Below, piece by piece: positions 13,904-27,200 of a stretch of 64,000 bases of DNA. Where the stretch lies: the NCBI GenBank assembly GCA_043228905.1, contig JBHGNT010000001.1, positions 29,822,001-29,886,000 on the forward strand, in the 5' to 3' direction. Source of the DNA: Azolla caroliniana (lineage: Eukaryota > Plantae > Polypodiophyta). Under the pieces are notes generated by a model, which ran no database searches, was not told where the DNA came from, and was given only the letters and a program-made list of their open reading frames with translations. A program made the translations under genes and the position numbers. Each line of letters opens with the position of its first letter. The stretch's first letter is position 1.

Positions 13904-14129
13904 ATGAGCTTCTCCATGGGAAAGCTGAGTGCGAGCGAGAAGGAGAAGACGAAGCTTCGCGAGCGGACCAGGAGGTCCATCACCACCAAGATCTTCCATG
14001 GTCTCAGGAAATATGGCGGCTACAACCTCGCACCTCGGGCAGACATTAACGAAGTCCTGCGCTGCCTGGCTTCAGAAGCAGGCTGGATTGTTGAAGAGGA
14101 TGGAACAACCTACAGGTCGTCTTCACAGG

Positions 14130-14165
<36 letters not shown>

Positions 14166-16519
14166 TCCATCTTCATCTACATGCTTCCTGCTTCCTGCTT
14201 CCTGCTTTCTCTCTATCTCCCCTTCTTTGAAAGTTTTGCCTCCGCAGATTGTGATCATACTTCATGTTTTGATGCTCGGAACTTCTTTTCTGTCACTGTG
14301 GACTGCAGAAATATGAGGGTACATAAGAGGCAACTAACTGCCAGTCATGAATATGGCCGATAGACCATATCCAACCCATCTGTCTCTTTCGTCTAATCTG
14401 GTTTCTCCTGTATCTTCCTTCTTATGTATTCAAAATCTGTATTTCCTGTTGCTACGCTCGCACGGAATTCTGTTAGTGCAGCATCCATTGATCTTTCTGC
14501 GGTCACACCCGCTCTAGGGTTTTCTCCTTAGGGTGAAATTTTCCTTTTCCTTCACCATCTCAGATTGGCCACCTCCTTTCCAAACCCCTCCTGCTCCCCA
14601 ATTTCCAGATATTCTTCGGTTTCTGATCAGTCATCTTTCGATGCAGGCTCTCTAGTTCTTCTGGCATTTCGTCTCCCTGCATGATTTTTGCCGTCCATGT
14701 GCGGTGTGCATCTTCTGCTGCATGTTTTTCTTGACAGATTTCTCTGTTTTTGTAAACCATGTTGTGGCGCATTACATATGGGAAGCTCATGTAACCTGAC
14801 TAACTAATCAATGGGGATGGTTTCATGGTAACAATGATTACTGAACAGGTGTCGTCGTCTGCTAGGAAGATGATGATTAGCAGTTCAGCAGGGGGAGCAG
14901 CGGCGAGGCTCTGCTTCAGCGCAGGAGGAGGCGGCGGCAACTTGCACGGAATCAGCAACAGCAACAGCAACATGAACATGATGAGGATGATGATCCAACA
15001 GCAGCAGCCAAGCGCCTGTGGGGAGGCAGCTGAAACTGGCGGCGGCGGTAGCCATGGCGCCGCCGCGGGAGGAGAGAGCGCTTCTGCCTCCGGCGGAAGC
15101 CTGCACCCGTCCATGTCTAATCCTCACCGACACAACCCTCCTGCAGCCCTTGCGGATTTGCAGGCACACTACGATGGTGCTGCTGCCACTCCGAGCGCCT
15201 CCTGTACCGACAGGAACGCTCATGCTGACTCGGCCATGGCCAAGAGAAGCTTCCAAGCTTATGAAGCCGATGATCATGCCATCGGCTCAGCCCTGTTGAA
15301 CACTGCGGCGCACCCCCACGGCGGCCATGCAGGGAATCTCCATTTGATGGAGCAGGTGAATCACCACCACCAACAGTCTTCGCTGCAGATGCAGATGCAG
15401 ATACAGATGATGATGATGGAGGAGGCCGCCTGCAGGGGAGGCGATTGCAGCACCACTGCCTCACCTCGCCATGCGCCCATCCGCCATTCTGTAGCAATGG
15501 GAGGGAACTATAGTAACAACCATCTGAGCTTTGGCCATGGTCACGGCAATGCAGGCGGTCCTGCTGCCACGAGCTTCTTCTCCCCGGCGTCCTACAGTAG
15601 TGCTGGCCATACCCCCACAAGCTCCCTGTCTTGCTTACCTTCGCCTTCACCTTTTGCCTCCCCTGCTGCATCCAGGGAGGTGTATCCCATGTCCGCATCT
15701 CGCGGCCATAACTCGCTGCATACTTCTCCTGCTCCTTCAGCTAGCGCTGGCTGCACAGCTCTGCCCACTGCTTCAGGAGGGGGCAACCTGGGCTATAATG
15801 ACTCGCCTCCTTCACAGTTAGTTGTGACGCCATCGACTATCTCCTCTGCCAATCCAAGATTAATCGGTGGTTCGATTTTCTTTGTGCCCGATTCCGTTGA
15901 TGCAGATGCAGAAGATGTTAATGCCTCCACAATGGGTGTGAAGGATGAGCTTCTGACCGCTGTCCCGCTTGATGGTTCTACCATTAATGCAAAGGATGAG
16001 CTTGTGCTCAACAATCGCCACTTCTATGGATCTAGCCAAAATGTCTGTACTGATGACCAAAGCTTGCTTCTTGCTGCTGCCACCATGGCTTCAGCTCGCC
16101 ACAGCAGATATAATGACCTTGAGCAAACTCCAGATGGGTTTCCGAGACATGGTTTCATGAACTTCGAGGAGCAAATGTTGCAGAGGAAGCACCAGCTGCT
16201 GATGTTGCAGCAACCTAAAGAGTCCTCCATATTTATGGCAAATGTCAACACTCATGCGAACAATGCGACTCCGGCTTCTAATAATAACAATAATTTTTCG
16301 GGAACGCACACCATGTACACTTCAGCTAATTCTTCTGCTAATTCTTATGGCCATGGAGCTTCTGATTGTCCTTCGTCTGCTGTAATGATGATGCAGCAGC
16401 GGCAGATGTACTCATATAACCCTCAGTATAGCAATCACCCCCAGGTTTACCTGCAGGAAGCCCGTGCCTCCAATACAAACACACCTTTGGGCTCCCCTCA
16501 ACGCAATGAGACACAGTGA
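13904..16519 (+). CDS. BZR1/BES1-family transcription factor, non-canonical (BAM-like DNA-binding domain, long low-complexity C-terminus), about 631 aa
   Basis: Exon 1 13904-14128 encodes the BES1_N domain ([61 protein letters not shown]). Phase-0 GT-AG intron. Exon 2 14849-16519 is in frame with the 564-aa ORF and ends [20 protein letters not shown]. Confidence 0.88.
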
Positions 16520-17278
16520 CAGTGACTATAAGAGTATCCATTGTGATTGCTCTAAAGCCAATCCTTTGTTTTCCAGTTCCTCTGCTGCATTTTGATTTTT
16601 ATGTCAGTGCAGTGTGATGTATGCATGGCTAGCTGTAGTGTTTCCATCGTTCTTATGTCAAGCCAGCCAACTGGAGTCAATGAATTCCGTTGCTTTTGTT
16701 CCCGAAGAAATCTGATGATCATGCCATCTGAGCTAGATCAGGTTTATGCATATGAAGACGATAAGCTGCAGAAACAGTTCTGTCTTCCTCTTCTTCTTCT
16801 CTAATCCCAATCCCAGTAGAGACCGCAGACGATTATTGTATAACAATAACGCAGAGCATTTTCTTTTTCTTTTTGTGCAGCAGTTTTTGTCAGCAGCTTG
16901 TATGTAGATATCTACCACCATCATCTAATTATATGTCACCATGTTTTTTGTGTGCGCACACTATTCTCTTCTGGAGAGCTTTGTGTGTGCAGAGCGTTTG
17001 TTCAGTTTTTTTCACCAGCAAAAGATGCTCCTGGATTATTCATTTGAGTATATGATTCACTCTGTTTCTGTCTCTGTTGTCTTGGTAATGACATGGTAAA
17101 GGTTCATCTCAATTAATTAGGGTTTTGACGAAGTAGATTTTGTAACATGAGATATGGCTCATGAGACAGCTTTGTTTTGGTGAGCTGTTTGCTCTCTCAT
17201 GGTATGGTGTATCAGTAAAACAACACACGACAGATATTTATGGATATAGTGAAGCCATACTGCTGCTGCTTGTAATTT

Positions 17279-17560
17279 GAGAATCATTTGTCTGTTAAAA
17301 TGGTAACGCCTTCTCATCTGCTACGATGATTTCATTGCACATGAATTGGTGAAGATTGCCTACATAATAGTTCGAGAATCATTTGTCATTTGATATGATA
17401 GCTACTCTCAAAACATTGGCTGTCTTCTCATCTACTATGATGATTTTATTGCACATGAATTTGTTAAGATTGCCTACATAATAGTTCTGAGTATGGCATT
17501 AAAATTTTTACATGAATTTGTGAAGATCGCGTACAGAATATTTTTAGTATGGCATTAAAA
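17279..17560. repeat. Degenerate tandem repeats downstream of the BZR gene
   Basis: ttctcatct.cta.gatgattt.attgcacatgaatt.gt.aagattgcctacataatagttc occurs twice, plus a partial third copy. Confidence 0.7.
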
Positions 17561-18554
17561 TATCTAGCCTGATAATACCTGATATTTTGCAATTCCCCGT
17601 TAATAATTTAACACCAGATCATGATGGGCGGGATTGCTTAAAAGGCTTATTATACCACACAGCTATGGATGGGTAACATGCAAAATCTGACATAAAACAT
17701 GGTTGATCAATCATATAAGTTCTCTTCACATGAATTCTCTTCCTCTTGGTTTCTCTATGTTTGCTCATCTGTGAAACTCTGATATAAAACAAGAATCCAA
17801 CTTGAAATTTGGAGCCAATTTTCGAGATGAAATAATGGTCACCTTAAAGGTCACAATGGGGGATACGATTACAAGAGATGATCATTCAAAAGATAACATG
17901 TGACACGTTAAGAAACCATTTAAAAATTGCTCATGCATAGTATCTGCATAAAAGCGAGTGAAAAACAGAACTTCAATGGAAATATTAATCAGTTATGTAT
18001 AGGAAGTAATAATTTGCAACACGAGCTCCCATTCTCTGGTACCACATTTTAGCTTCCCAACATGCAGATGAACAGAACTTTGAAGGCTTCTTCCTATTGT
18101 TGATTTAAGACATAATGTTTAAAATCATGTTTCTAATTGAAACTATATCTAAGTGTTATAAAATACATTTGAGAAGAATCACAGAGAGGCATTTGTGAGA
18201 ATCCATGTTTAAGGGTCAAAAGAGAGACAGAATTAAAAAAGGAGTTCTAGAATATATCATGTAATTTTACTCGATTTGGATTGGGGAAAACTAAGGTTGA
18301 CAGGTGTTTCTCCCATAACTGGATCATGTTGTAAACCTGTTACCTGAGCTTGCTAGGGGTTGGAAATACTCTCCGATTCAAGAATTGCAATGTTTTAAGT
18401 TTGGTTTTAGAGAGGTACGCTTCATACGCGAATTGTCTATGCATATTCAGAAGGTTGGGAACCTTCATATGCATAAGGTTTTCATACCAGAGATTGGCAC
18501 AACAATTATTATTACATGATATACACAGATACATGCCCATTTGCGGATTTGTAA

Positions 18555-20299
18555 TCATTGTTTGACCCTGGCACATCTACACCAGAATGCCAGACCTCCT
18601 CCTCGCCCCTTAGCAACGATTATTTCTTCATCAGCATAAAACCATATAAAGAAAGGGTCTTTAGTTGTAGGCAAGCGGCCTTCGTCCTCTTTCTTCTGAA
18701 TATTAAACTTGAAAGGATCCAAAGATCCAATTTTGATATTGATAGATTCAAAGATGAAAGCAAGGATTCGAGTTTTCCAGCTGAATCTTCCTTGGAAAGT
18801 AAGGGAACCAAGAGGTCCAAGGTATACACCATTCTCAATAGTCTTGGCCTACCATACAAGTAAGTTTAAATTAGCCCTTTAGTTTTGTCTTCTTTATCCA
18901 GGAAAGTACTACTCCAAGGAAAGAACTTACATTGGAATCAAACTTTTGCACCGCAGTTATAGGAAAATACGAGCCTCCTCCTTGCCCTCCTCTCATGGAC
19001 TCTGAAACCTGAACTTAATATATGCATCCTCATAAAAAGTCATCCAATTTTGATTATCACATGCTATTGAAGGGACATCATGAAGTGATCGATGTTATAA
19101 TACACATATAAAAGTTCATTCATTAATTAGTATATAATCCACTTGAAGAGATGACTATATCATTGTGTGAACATTCATCGCCACCTATGTCTCAAGTTAT
19201 AATTATGGACATCACATACAGATAAATGGAAAGTACACGCAAACACAGAGAATCAATTCCACCTCTCTTCTTAGACATAAGCCACCAATTCATTGAAACA
19301 AATGGATACATTCATCTGATAGACACACATGACATACAGATAAATGGACAGTACACGCAAACACAGAGAATCAATTCCACCTCTCTTCATAGACATAAGC
19401 CACCAATTCATTGAAACAAATGGATGCATTCATCTGATAGACGCATGCTGTAACAAATTAATGAGCATGATGTAACAAATTCATCTGATAGGCACACATG
19501 CTGTAACAAATTAATGAGCATGATGTAACAAATTCATCTGATAGACACACATAAACATTGACATGGAAACGTGCATAGAATGATGAATTAATTACATGTA
19601 AGTGAGAAAGCAAAAGGGTGCCATGCATGACTATGTAAGATCTTCTAAACCTCATCGTCCAACCATAAGATCATAGATAGGCATAGACAGGTTATAAATA
19701 GATACAGAAAATTTGCGTAATAAAGAATGCCATGGATTTGATGAGAGAAAATGTATGAATCAACTACATCCGATATGGCCATAGTGGCTCACCTGTTTCT
19801 TACTGGAGGTGAAGATAAGCATCCATGTGCGAGGGCCAGAGCTCCCCCCACCAATGGTCTCCAAGAAATTGGACGGATCAAGCTTCGCTTTCTCCAAAAC
19901 TCTAATGGCCGAAAATACCTCTAAAGGTGCCACTTTCCTCGTCTTTGCAGCTTTTTTCAACACGGAAACACTGTTATCTACCATAGCTGAATCAGAAGAA
20001 GAAGAAGGAGTAGGAGAAGAAGATGATGATGAAGATTCCAATGCTTCTGTTTCTGTGTTAAGTTGAGCAGAGCAGACGATGAGATGGTTGACCGGCATGC
20101 TACCATAAGGACGGCGATGATGGCCTAACATTCTGAGCACGTGCTGCTGTTGATGACGATGGACCGATAGAAGATGAAAGGGGCGTGGCTGATGGACTAC
20201 CCACATGGCCGCGCCATGCAAGTCTGAGTGGAAGCAGGGTCGTAATCCGAAAGAAGAAGATGAAGATGCAGTTGGAGCAGCAGGCATACAGAAAGCCAT
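18555..20299 (-). CDS. Uncharacterised chloroplast protein, At1g18060-like (possibly fibrillin/lipocalin-like fold), about 292 aa
   Basis: Exons 20299-19793, 19008-18931, 18848-18555 (GT-AG, 879 nt). Transit-peptide-like N-terminus, then VLKKAAKTRKV..WMLIFT..GGSYFPITAVQKFD..IENGVYLGPLGSLTFQGRFSWK..DPFFIWFYADEEIIVAKGRGGGLAFWCRC. Confidence 0.85.
19213..19550. repeat. Intronic tandem duplications (about 118 bp x2, then about 52 bp x2)
   Basis: acatacagataaatgga.agtacacgcaaacacagagaatcaattccacctctcttc occurs twice; atgctgtaacaaattaatgagcatgatgtaacaaattcatctgatag occurs twice. Confidence 0.85.
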
Positions 20300-20435
20300 T
20301 ATCGCCCACAACCACAGAAGGGAGAAGAACTAATTGCTTTTCAGTTCTCGGGTGTGTGTGTCTGTGTTGTGTGTGTGTGTTGGGGGGGAGAGAGAGAGAG
20401 AGAGAGAGAGAGAAAGAAAGAAAGAAAGAAAGGTG

Positions 20436-22329
20436 TATTAACGTCTTCTAAGGCCAAATTTGGCCCATGAGACAATTGGTTTACAACAATAGAGTATTTA
20501 TCCAGTCATCATAACTAAAAATAAAATTAAGTAAAAAAAAATAGAACTTAAACTAAAAGAGTTCTAGTAGTGTACAATATGTATGTAGTATACTCGAAAG
20601 TGATTATACACTAAGCCTAATTTTATTTCCACCCAAGCCTCTCGAAAAGAAGTGGGGGGTCAAAGGGTCTTGATGTGGGTTCCAATGTAGAGAGTGCCCT
20701 AGCCATGGCTTCTAGGCGGTGTAGCTCACGTTCCCTTATTTTCAATATTGCGTCCACATCACGTTGAGTTGTTTTGAAACCCGGCACCCGAGGACGTCTG
20801 GTTCTTCTCTGGTTTTCTGCCTCATCAATGGAAAGGCCGAGTGGTGCAAGTGTGTCGGCATTCGTTGTCTCCTCAGGTTCCTGAAAAACTGCATTTGTTA
20901 CATGTTCGTGATCATTAGCAGCATTATTGTCAACATTTTGTAATTTATTCTCTCTGTGTTGTTTTAGCGCTAGAATGTATTTGCCTAATTTCTTTATATC
21001 TAGAGTATCTAATAGTTTGGGGAGGGTGGGAGACGGACCAAGTATGTCTTGGTATTGTGCCCTTATCTCGGCATAGGTTGGACACTTGCAAGTAAAGTGG
21101 TACTCATCCTCTATCTCTATGTGACATAACCTACATATCCTTTCCTCCCTAGGGACTCCACTAGTACGGCCATTTTCAATCTCAAGTTGGTGAGATGATA
21201 TTCTAAGTTGTCCTATGGCAACCCTTAGTGCATGTGGTAAGAATACATCTAGATATTTTGGCCGTGTGATAAAACCTAACTCAGAGAAGTGCATGAAGTG
21301 TTTCTTATAGTACGACATTTTAGATGGGAGTGGCTCTAGTGGGGTGATCCATTTACACCGAGTGTAAATTTGCCATATTTCTTGGCGTATTACTTTATTG
21401 CGGTTCTCATGAGAGATTAAGGTGTTATCACTCGTGTGGTTGTACCTAAGGGGAGGTAGGTTATTAATGTCTAGACCATTCGCAAGAAGCCAAGTCACCA
21501 TCATGCCATACCATGAGCTAGTATAGCCGGACTCATACAATGATCGAGAGGCCTTAAAGGCTTGATGAGATATTCTATCATGTGGTTGGCTATGTATCCT
21601 ATCAATAAAGACTACAAGTTGAAAAAGTGCCTCTACTAGCATTGGGGGTAACGTGAACTCGGCCCTAATAATGTCATGTGGTACAGTCGATTTGCTTCGA
21701 AGTTGGCGTGATAGCATCATCACCAATGGTCTCTCTAATTGCGTCCACATGAAGGATGGTAATCCTGGAGCCCAAACCGCAGATGCATACATGAGGGAGG
21801 GGGTCACTAATGAGTCAAAGAGCCACCCTTTAGTCCGTGGCTCTTGAAAGTGTGCTTGGTGGCATTGTCTCTCTAGGAGTGAGAGGGATGCATGTCCTCT
21901 CGTGAGTCTATCCTTCGCTGCCTGTGTCATCGAAAATTTACCTGAGCGGGCACTAAAAGTGACTCCGAGATATACGTACGATCCAACCACCTCGACTGGG
22001 CTATGGGAGATAGTTAGGTGACACTTAGCTCTAACTTGGGCCGATGTGTGGAAGATAAGGACTTTCGTTTTCCCTAGATTCACTACCAATCCTCGTTGTA
22101 CACAAAAGTCATCTAAGGCATTGAGGTGCCTCTGTAGGTCGTGTTCGGATTCAGAGAGCAAAACTATGTCATCCGCATAGAGCAAGATACGAACCTGCGT
22201 ATCCCCAAGGACCACTCCGGTGCCTCCCTCACGAGCAATAAAATCTGTGATCTCATCAATGTAAATCCCAAAAAGCGTCGGTGATAGGGGGCAACCTTGT
22301 TTTACACCAATAGTGCTAGTGAAACGATA
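20436..22329 (-). mobile_element. 5'-truncated non-LTR retrotransposon (RTEX-like LINE) with an uninterrupted RT C-terminal half and Cys/His finger
   Basis: Frame is open from about 22326: STIGVKQGCPLSPTLFGIYID..ILLYADDIVLL..VNLGKTKV..YVYLGV..LRISSHQLEIENGR..PREERICRLC..EDEYHFTCKCPTY, with the stop at 20623. The 3' UTR ends in a GGCCAAATTTGGCC palindrome. The clade assignment is inferred from motifs. Confidence 0.9.
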
Positions 22330-22392
22330 TATTAACGTCTTCTAAGGCCAAAATTGGCCCATGAGGCATTTGTTTATCTATGTGATGAGGGT

Positions 22393-22511
22393 GAGAAGAG
22401 AACTCTGTCCGAGGCCCATATGGGGTGGGTGACTCATGGAAATTGACCATTTCAGTTCAGGTTTGTGGCTGAGAAGAAAGCTCTGTCCGAGGCCCATATG
22501 GGGTGCGTGAT
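22393..22511. repeat. Direct repeat (about 38 bp x2) carrying GGCCCA site-II motifs; likely the original promoter of the At1g18060-like gene
   Basis: gagaaga.a.ctctgtccgaggcccatatggggtg.gtga at about 22393 and about 22471. GGCCCA is the TCP site-II motif. Confidence 0.55.
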
Positions 22512-24213
22512 CAGGTTTGTGGTTGGGTACATACATTGCCCGACTGGCCAACAATGAGAAAGAGTATCCTCTCGGTCAATGGATGATGCATTTGAAACTT
22601 CTGATGCGATTTTCATGTATGACTAGTGTAATGTAATCTATCTATTCATCATGTAAGTTCAAAACACGAATGTTGTGCCTAGATTTGTCAAACCAGGAAT
22701 GAATTCCATGGAAGAGGAGGAACACGATGCATCCCTAATCTGAAAATATAGAATAATTGCTCTCTATAATCTTTTCCGAAAAACCTCTCAAGCTATGAAG
22801 TTTATTTAGTGATGCAATCCACAAGAATACATCATTAACAATTTGTCATTTCATGAATTCTTCCCTTGATCTGAAATTTGTTCCAATTCCCAACACTAAT
22901 AGGCTTCCCTGGCACCAATTCTACATCACCGAATGGTCCTCCGTAGCAGGTTACCATTGGGCTGGTTTATTTTCACTCATCTTGATAGTGTAACACCTAC
23001 ATGGACCAAATAATATCTCTATGCATAGACTACAAGAAAAATTAGACTAGAGAAACTTAGTTCATGACACCTTGGTAATTTATTGTAATCAGTCAAAAAT
23101 ACATTTGGATATACCTCTCCTCTCCATTGATCCATACCAAAAGTTACGATTACTATTCATATCTCTATGCTTTAAAGCTTTATTTCAACATAATAAACGG
23201 TGGATCAAATACAACGGTGCACTTCGCATCTGTCTGACATGCATATGTAGAGTGGAGCTTAGCACAATGTAAGCTTGCCATGCATGAGAATAGTATTCCA
23301 TTCATTTTCATGTGAAAATCAAGCACCCCCATACGCAGTCTATCACTGAAGCAACTATTATTAGGCATGGACCACCACTTTAAGTCAGATATGTCAAACT
23401 TCAAATCCAGGCTTGTCACAGTTTCCTGTGAATACCTTGAAGTATGAATTTCTCTGTTATATGGGATCTTACATGATGTATAGTTTTTTACAACTAGTGA
23501 AAATACTAAAATTCAGATTCACCCATATTGTAGTAAATTAATAAATATTAAACATCATCACATACTTGTCCTGATAAATTCTTTCCATCAGAGAATGATA
23601 TAATGTATTATAAACACAACCGAGCTCAGTAGCAACTTACAGTTATGCAGAAAACGTCCGTTATGCAACTTACAGAAATAATGTGACTTTATCAAAGAAA
23701 TAATAGCTCAACATGTTTTCTGTATACAGAAATTAATCCATTGAACTAAGATGCTTTATTTCAATCACCTGGATAAGGGACTAAAACAGTTATTGCCAAA
23801 ACTTCAATACACATCTCATAATGAATGATGAAAGCTAGAACAATTATGTGTATAATCTCAATCCATGAATTATAGACAGAATGATCGGTAATTACAAATG
23901 GGGTACAAGACCCTATATAAGCAGACATGAAACTCAATTATTGTTAATTAATACTTTCATGACCAAAGGTGTCGAGTATAGTTGTAAGTTGTAACAGTAA
24001 TTTACATCTGAAAGAAGACATAACTAAGAACTTGTACAATGACATAGCTTCTCAGCAAGAAAAACGCATCATTAAAATAGAAACAAAACAAGAACTCAGG
24101 ATGTTTCAATATTAATCACCTTCACAGTCACAAGACATTTAGAAATTACTGTTACATGGAAGCACAATTTGCTTAAGATACCCACAGAACACTGACAAGT
24201 TTCTCCACTGCTA

Positions 24214-27200
24214 TCATTTTCTCCTTGTTGTCCTACTTTTTGGTTTGGCAGTTGTGGTCTGCATCACAAAGGAAAAAATTATAATGATTCAACCATTAAG
24301 TAGTTTAGGGAAGAAATTAAATAGTTGAGCAAAGAATCTATGCAAACTCGCAAGCAGTTTTTGAATGTGCACAAGAGGTGAAATGTCTGCTAGAGATCAA
24401 AACAAATCTACGAGACAATTCATGCGCATGTCAAATGATAATGACAACAGAAAATAGATGGCTACTCTCTCCTCAATGCATGAGCATCCACAATATTATG
24501 ATCCATTAAACCATCATCTGATCCTAGATCTCTCCAATGCTATCTGCTTTTTCATCCTGAATCCAAATGAGACACTTTCGCCAACTTGGATTGAGTGAAC
24601 TTAAAGCTAGAACAATTAAGAGACATAAAAGAAGCTTGATCTAGGTATCAGTGACAGGCGGGCTGTATGTAGACTTGATGAGCTTGATTATGCAGTTGGA
24701 TATTATTCAAGAAACTTGATGAGCTATAAGTGACTTTCTCTGCCATGAATGAACTGACTTGTGAAGAAAAAACGAACTCACTTGTTTATTAAAAGAATCA
24801 TATACAGCAAGAAATTTTGAACTCTAAAGACAAAGAGAGGTGCTTTATAAGGGAACATTGCAGCCAGAGGTAAAAAAATTGTTCACATACCGATATTTAG
24901 ATTATTCCTAGATATGTCAAAATCGTATCATTTACACATACCCCTTGGCTTGTTCCAATACCAAAAGCTGAAGCTCCAGCAGTGGCAGTAGCACCTGGAC
25001 AAAGTAAAAATATTGGAAGATGTCTTATCTCTCCCTTACTAAGTGGAATTGAGAACATCATCAAATGAGGGAGAACTTGAAGAAAAATCAAATCAAACAA
25101 CTTTTGACAGTTTACAACACAGATATACAACTTTATCAAAATACCTCCAAAAATATTTCCTGTGCTTGGTGTACCAAAGCTTGGTGTTGAGCTTCCAAAT
25201 AGTCCAGTAGAAGGTAAAGGTGTTGAACCAAACAAGCCACCAGAGGAGCTGGCTGCAGAAGCTGTTCAAACTCACATGACAGATTGCCAATAAAGTTAAT
25301 AATATAGACATTATTAGTCAAAAATCAATGTGTATTTATGGACATATGACCTAAAAGAAAAGTATAGGTTAAAAATATTGCAATAAAATCAATATATAAA
25401 TTATCAAACAGTAGCTGTATAGAATCTTACTATATTATTTAAGGGTTTTCTAATGGCTTTAAGAGTCTTTTATGAATTGAGGGTCACATGGCAAACCAGA
25501 ATGGTCCATCAATGAACGCCACCTTCTAGCCATCCATGAACGCTACTCGGTGATCATGCATTAGCCTAAGCAAGGTCTGTATGGTCTGAACTAATAAATA
25601 TTAATTTTAATCATATGATATATCTTAGAGGTTAAGGTTATGGTGTCCTTGGGTTCAAGTCTCTATGACTGACAGGCATTTTGTCTATATGCTCATGACA
25701 TCATTTAATTATATGTCTATTTGAGTAATAATTGATTGTATCATTAACAGCACATCATTTTGAATATTCACCGATTCCCCATTATCTTGGAAATAAATCA
25801 CCTTGCCTTACACACCAAGAATTAATCCCCGTTATCTTGGAATATTCAACTATTCTCAAATTAATTGTTACTAATTTCTACAATAAATAATATATGCATG
25901 TTGGGACCATATGAACACCTAATTTATTACTTAAAAACCAATTAAGGCCTTCTAGAAACCATCACCTCAGCAAAGAAAAAACCTCCTTGCTACAGAGAAC
26001 ATCGTTTCTTGTAGTTGCATGTTGCTAAATACAAAGTATCAGCAAAAATTGCAGCATTATGATACCCAAAAAGAGCTTTGGATATTACAAGAGTGGAGCA
26101 TTACCTAAATGGTCATGGTCATAGGAGAGTTATCGAAATGTTCATGAAAAGTGGCAATATTGGCATTGCAAGGCAAGTGACAGAGATCTCTAGTACCATG
26201 TCCCGTAAGGGAGACAGAGAGACTGGCCTCCATAGGAATTCTATTGGCAAAGTGTAGCGAGAACATCAGTTTCCACGCACAAACATTTTGGCTAAGTAAT
26301 GGGGTCCATCTAACGCATGGTACTGAACGTTGTAATGCTGCCACTACACTCCTTCTGCCTCAGTTTCTCCTTTCACAGCCTTGACCAAGTTCTCTTCACA
26401 GATCCTATGGATGATTGTCAAATCAATAAATTTTTAAATACTTTTGGTAGTTTCTGGATTATTATCATTGATTAATGTCAGGGCGTTTGGTTCTATAATG
26501 GAACCAGCAAGTCTGTAATTACGTGAAAACTGACACCCTTATTCAGTTTCTTATAGTTTCTTTTATCCCAGGCACCCTAGGATGGATACAAACATCTTAT
26601 TCAGTTTGAGTATAAACCAAAGAGGTTGTATCGAAGAAATAAAAAGTCAAGCAGTCTAGAAGTTAAACCAAACATATATGTTTTTCAAGACTGAAAGAAA
26701 TACCTCCAAAACCTGGCATAGAAGGAGTAGTACTGCCAAGTGCCGGACCAGAACCAAAAATTGAAGATGACGTTCCAGACCCAAAAAGTGAGGGAGTTGA
26801 TGACCCAGATGATCCAAAGGCGCTTGATGTTGCAGCAGATGAAGATCCAAATAGGGACAAACTGGGTGCTGTAAAAGGTGAAGGACTTGCTGAGGAATAG
26901 GATGATGCTGCAGGAGTAAAAGCTGGGAAAGGTGATGATGCAGAAGGCAGAGAAGGTGCTGCTGTACTCTGAGCAGAAATTGGCGTTGATGCTGGAGCTG
27001 CAGTTGAGAACATTCCAGATACTTGACTGGAAATTTGATTGGCTGCTGCTGTAGCTTGCAACGTTGGATGCACTCTCTTAGCAGCAGCTTCCCTCTTTGC
27101 AACCTCCCGCCTATCAGCCTCGAGAAAGGGGTTACTGTACTCCCCTCTCTTTCTCTGATCTGCTAAATAAGCTGTGCGCATTGACCATGTCTGCTGATGA

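Noticed and set aside
14800-16541. Several minus-strand and alternate-frame ORFs over the BZR exon
   Set aside because: Shadow ORFs of a GC-rich low-complexity exon.
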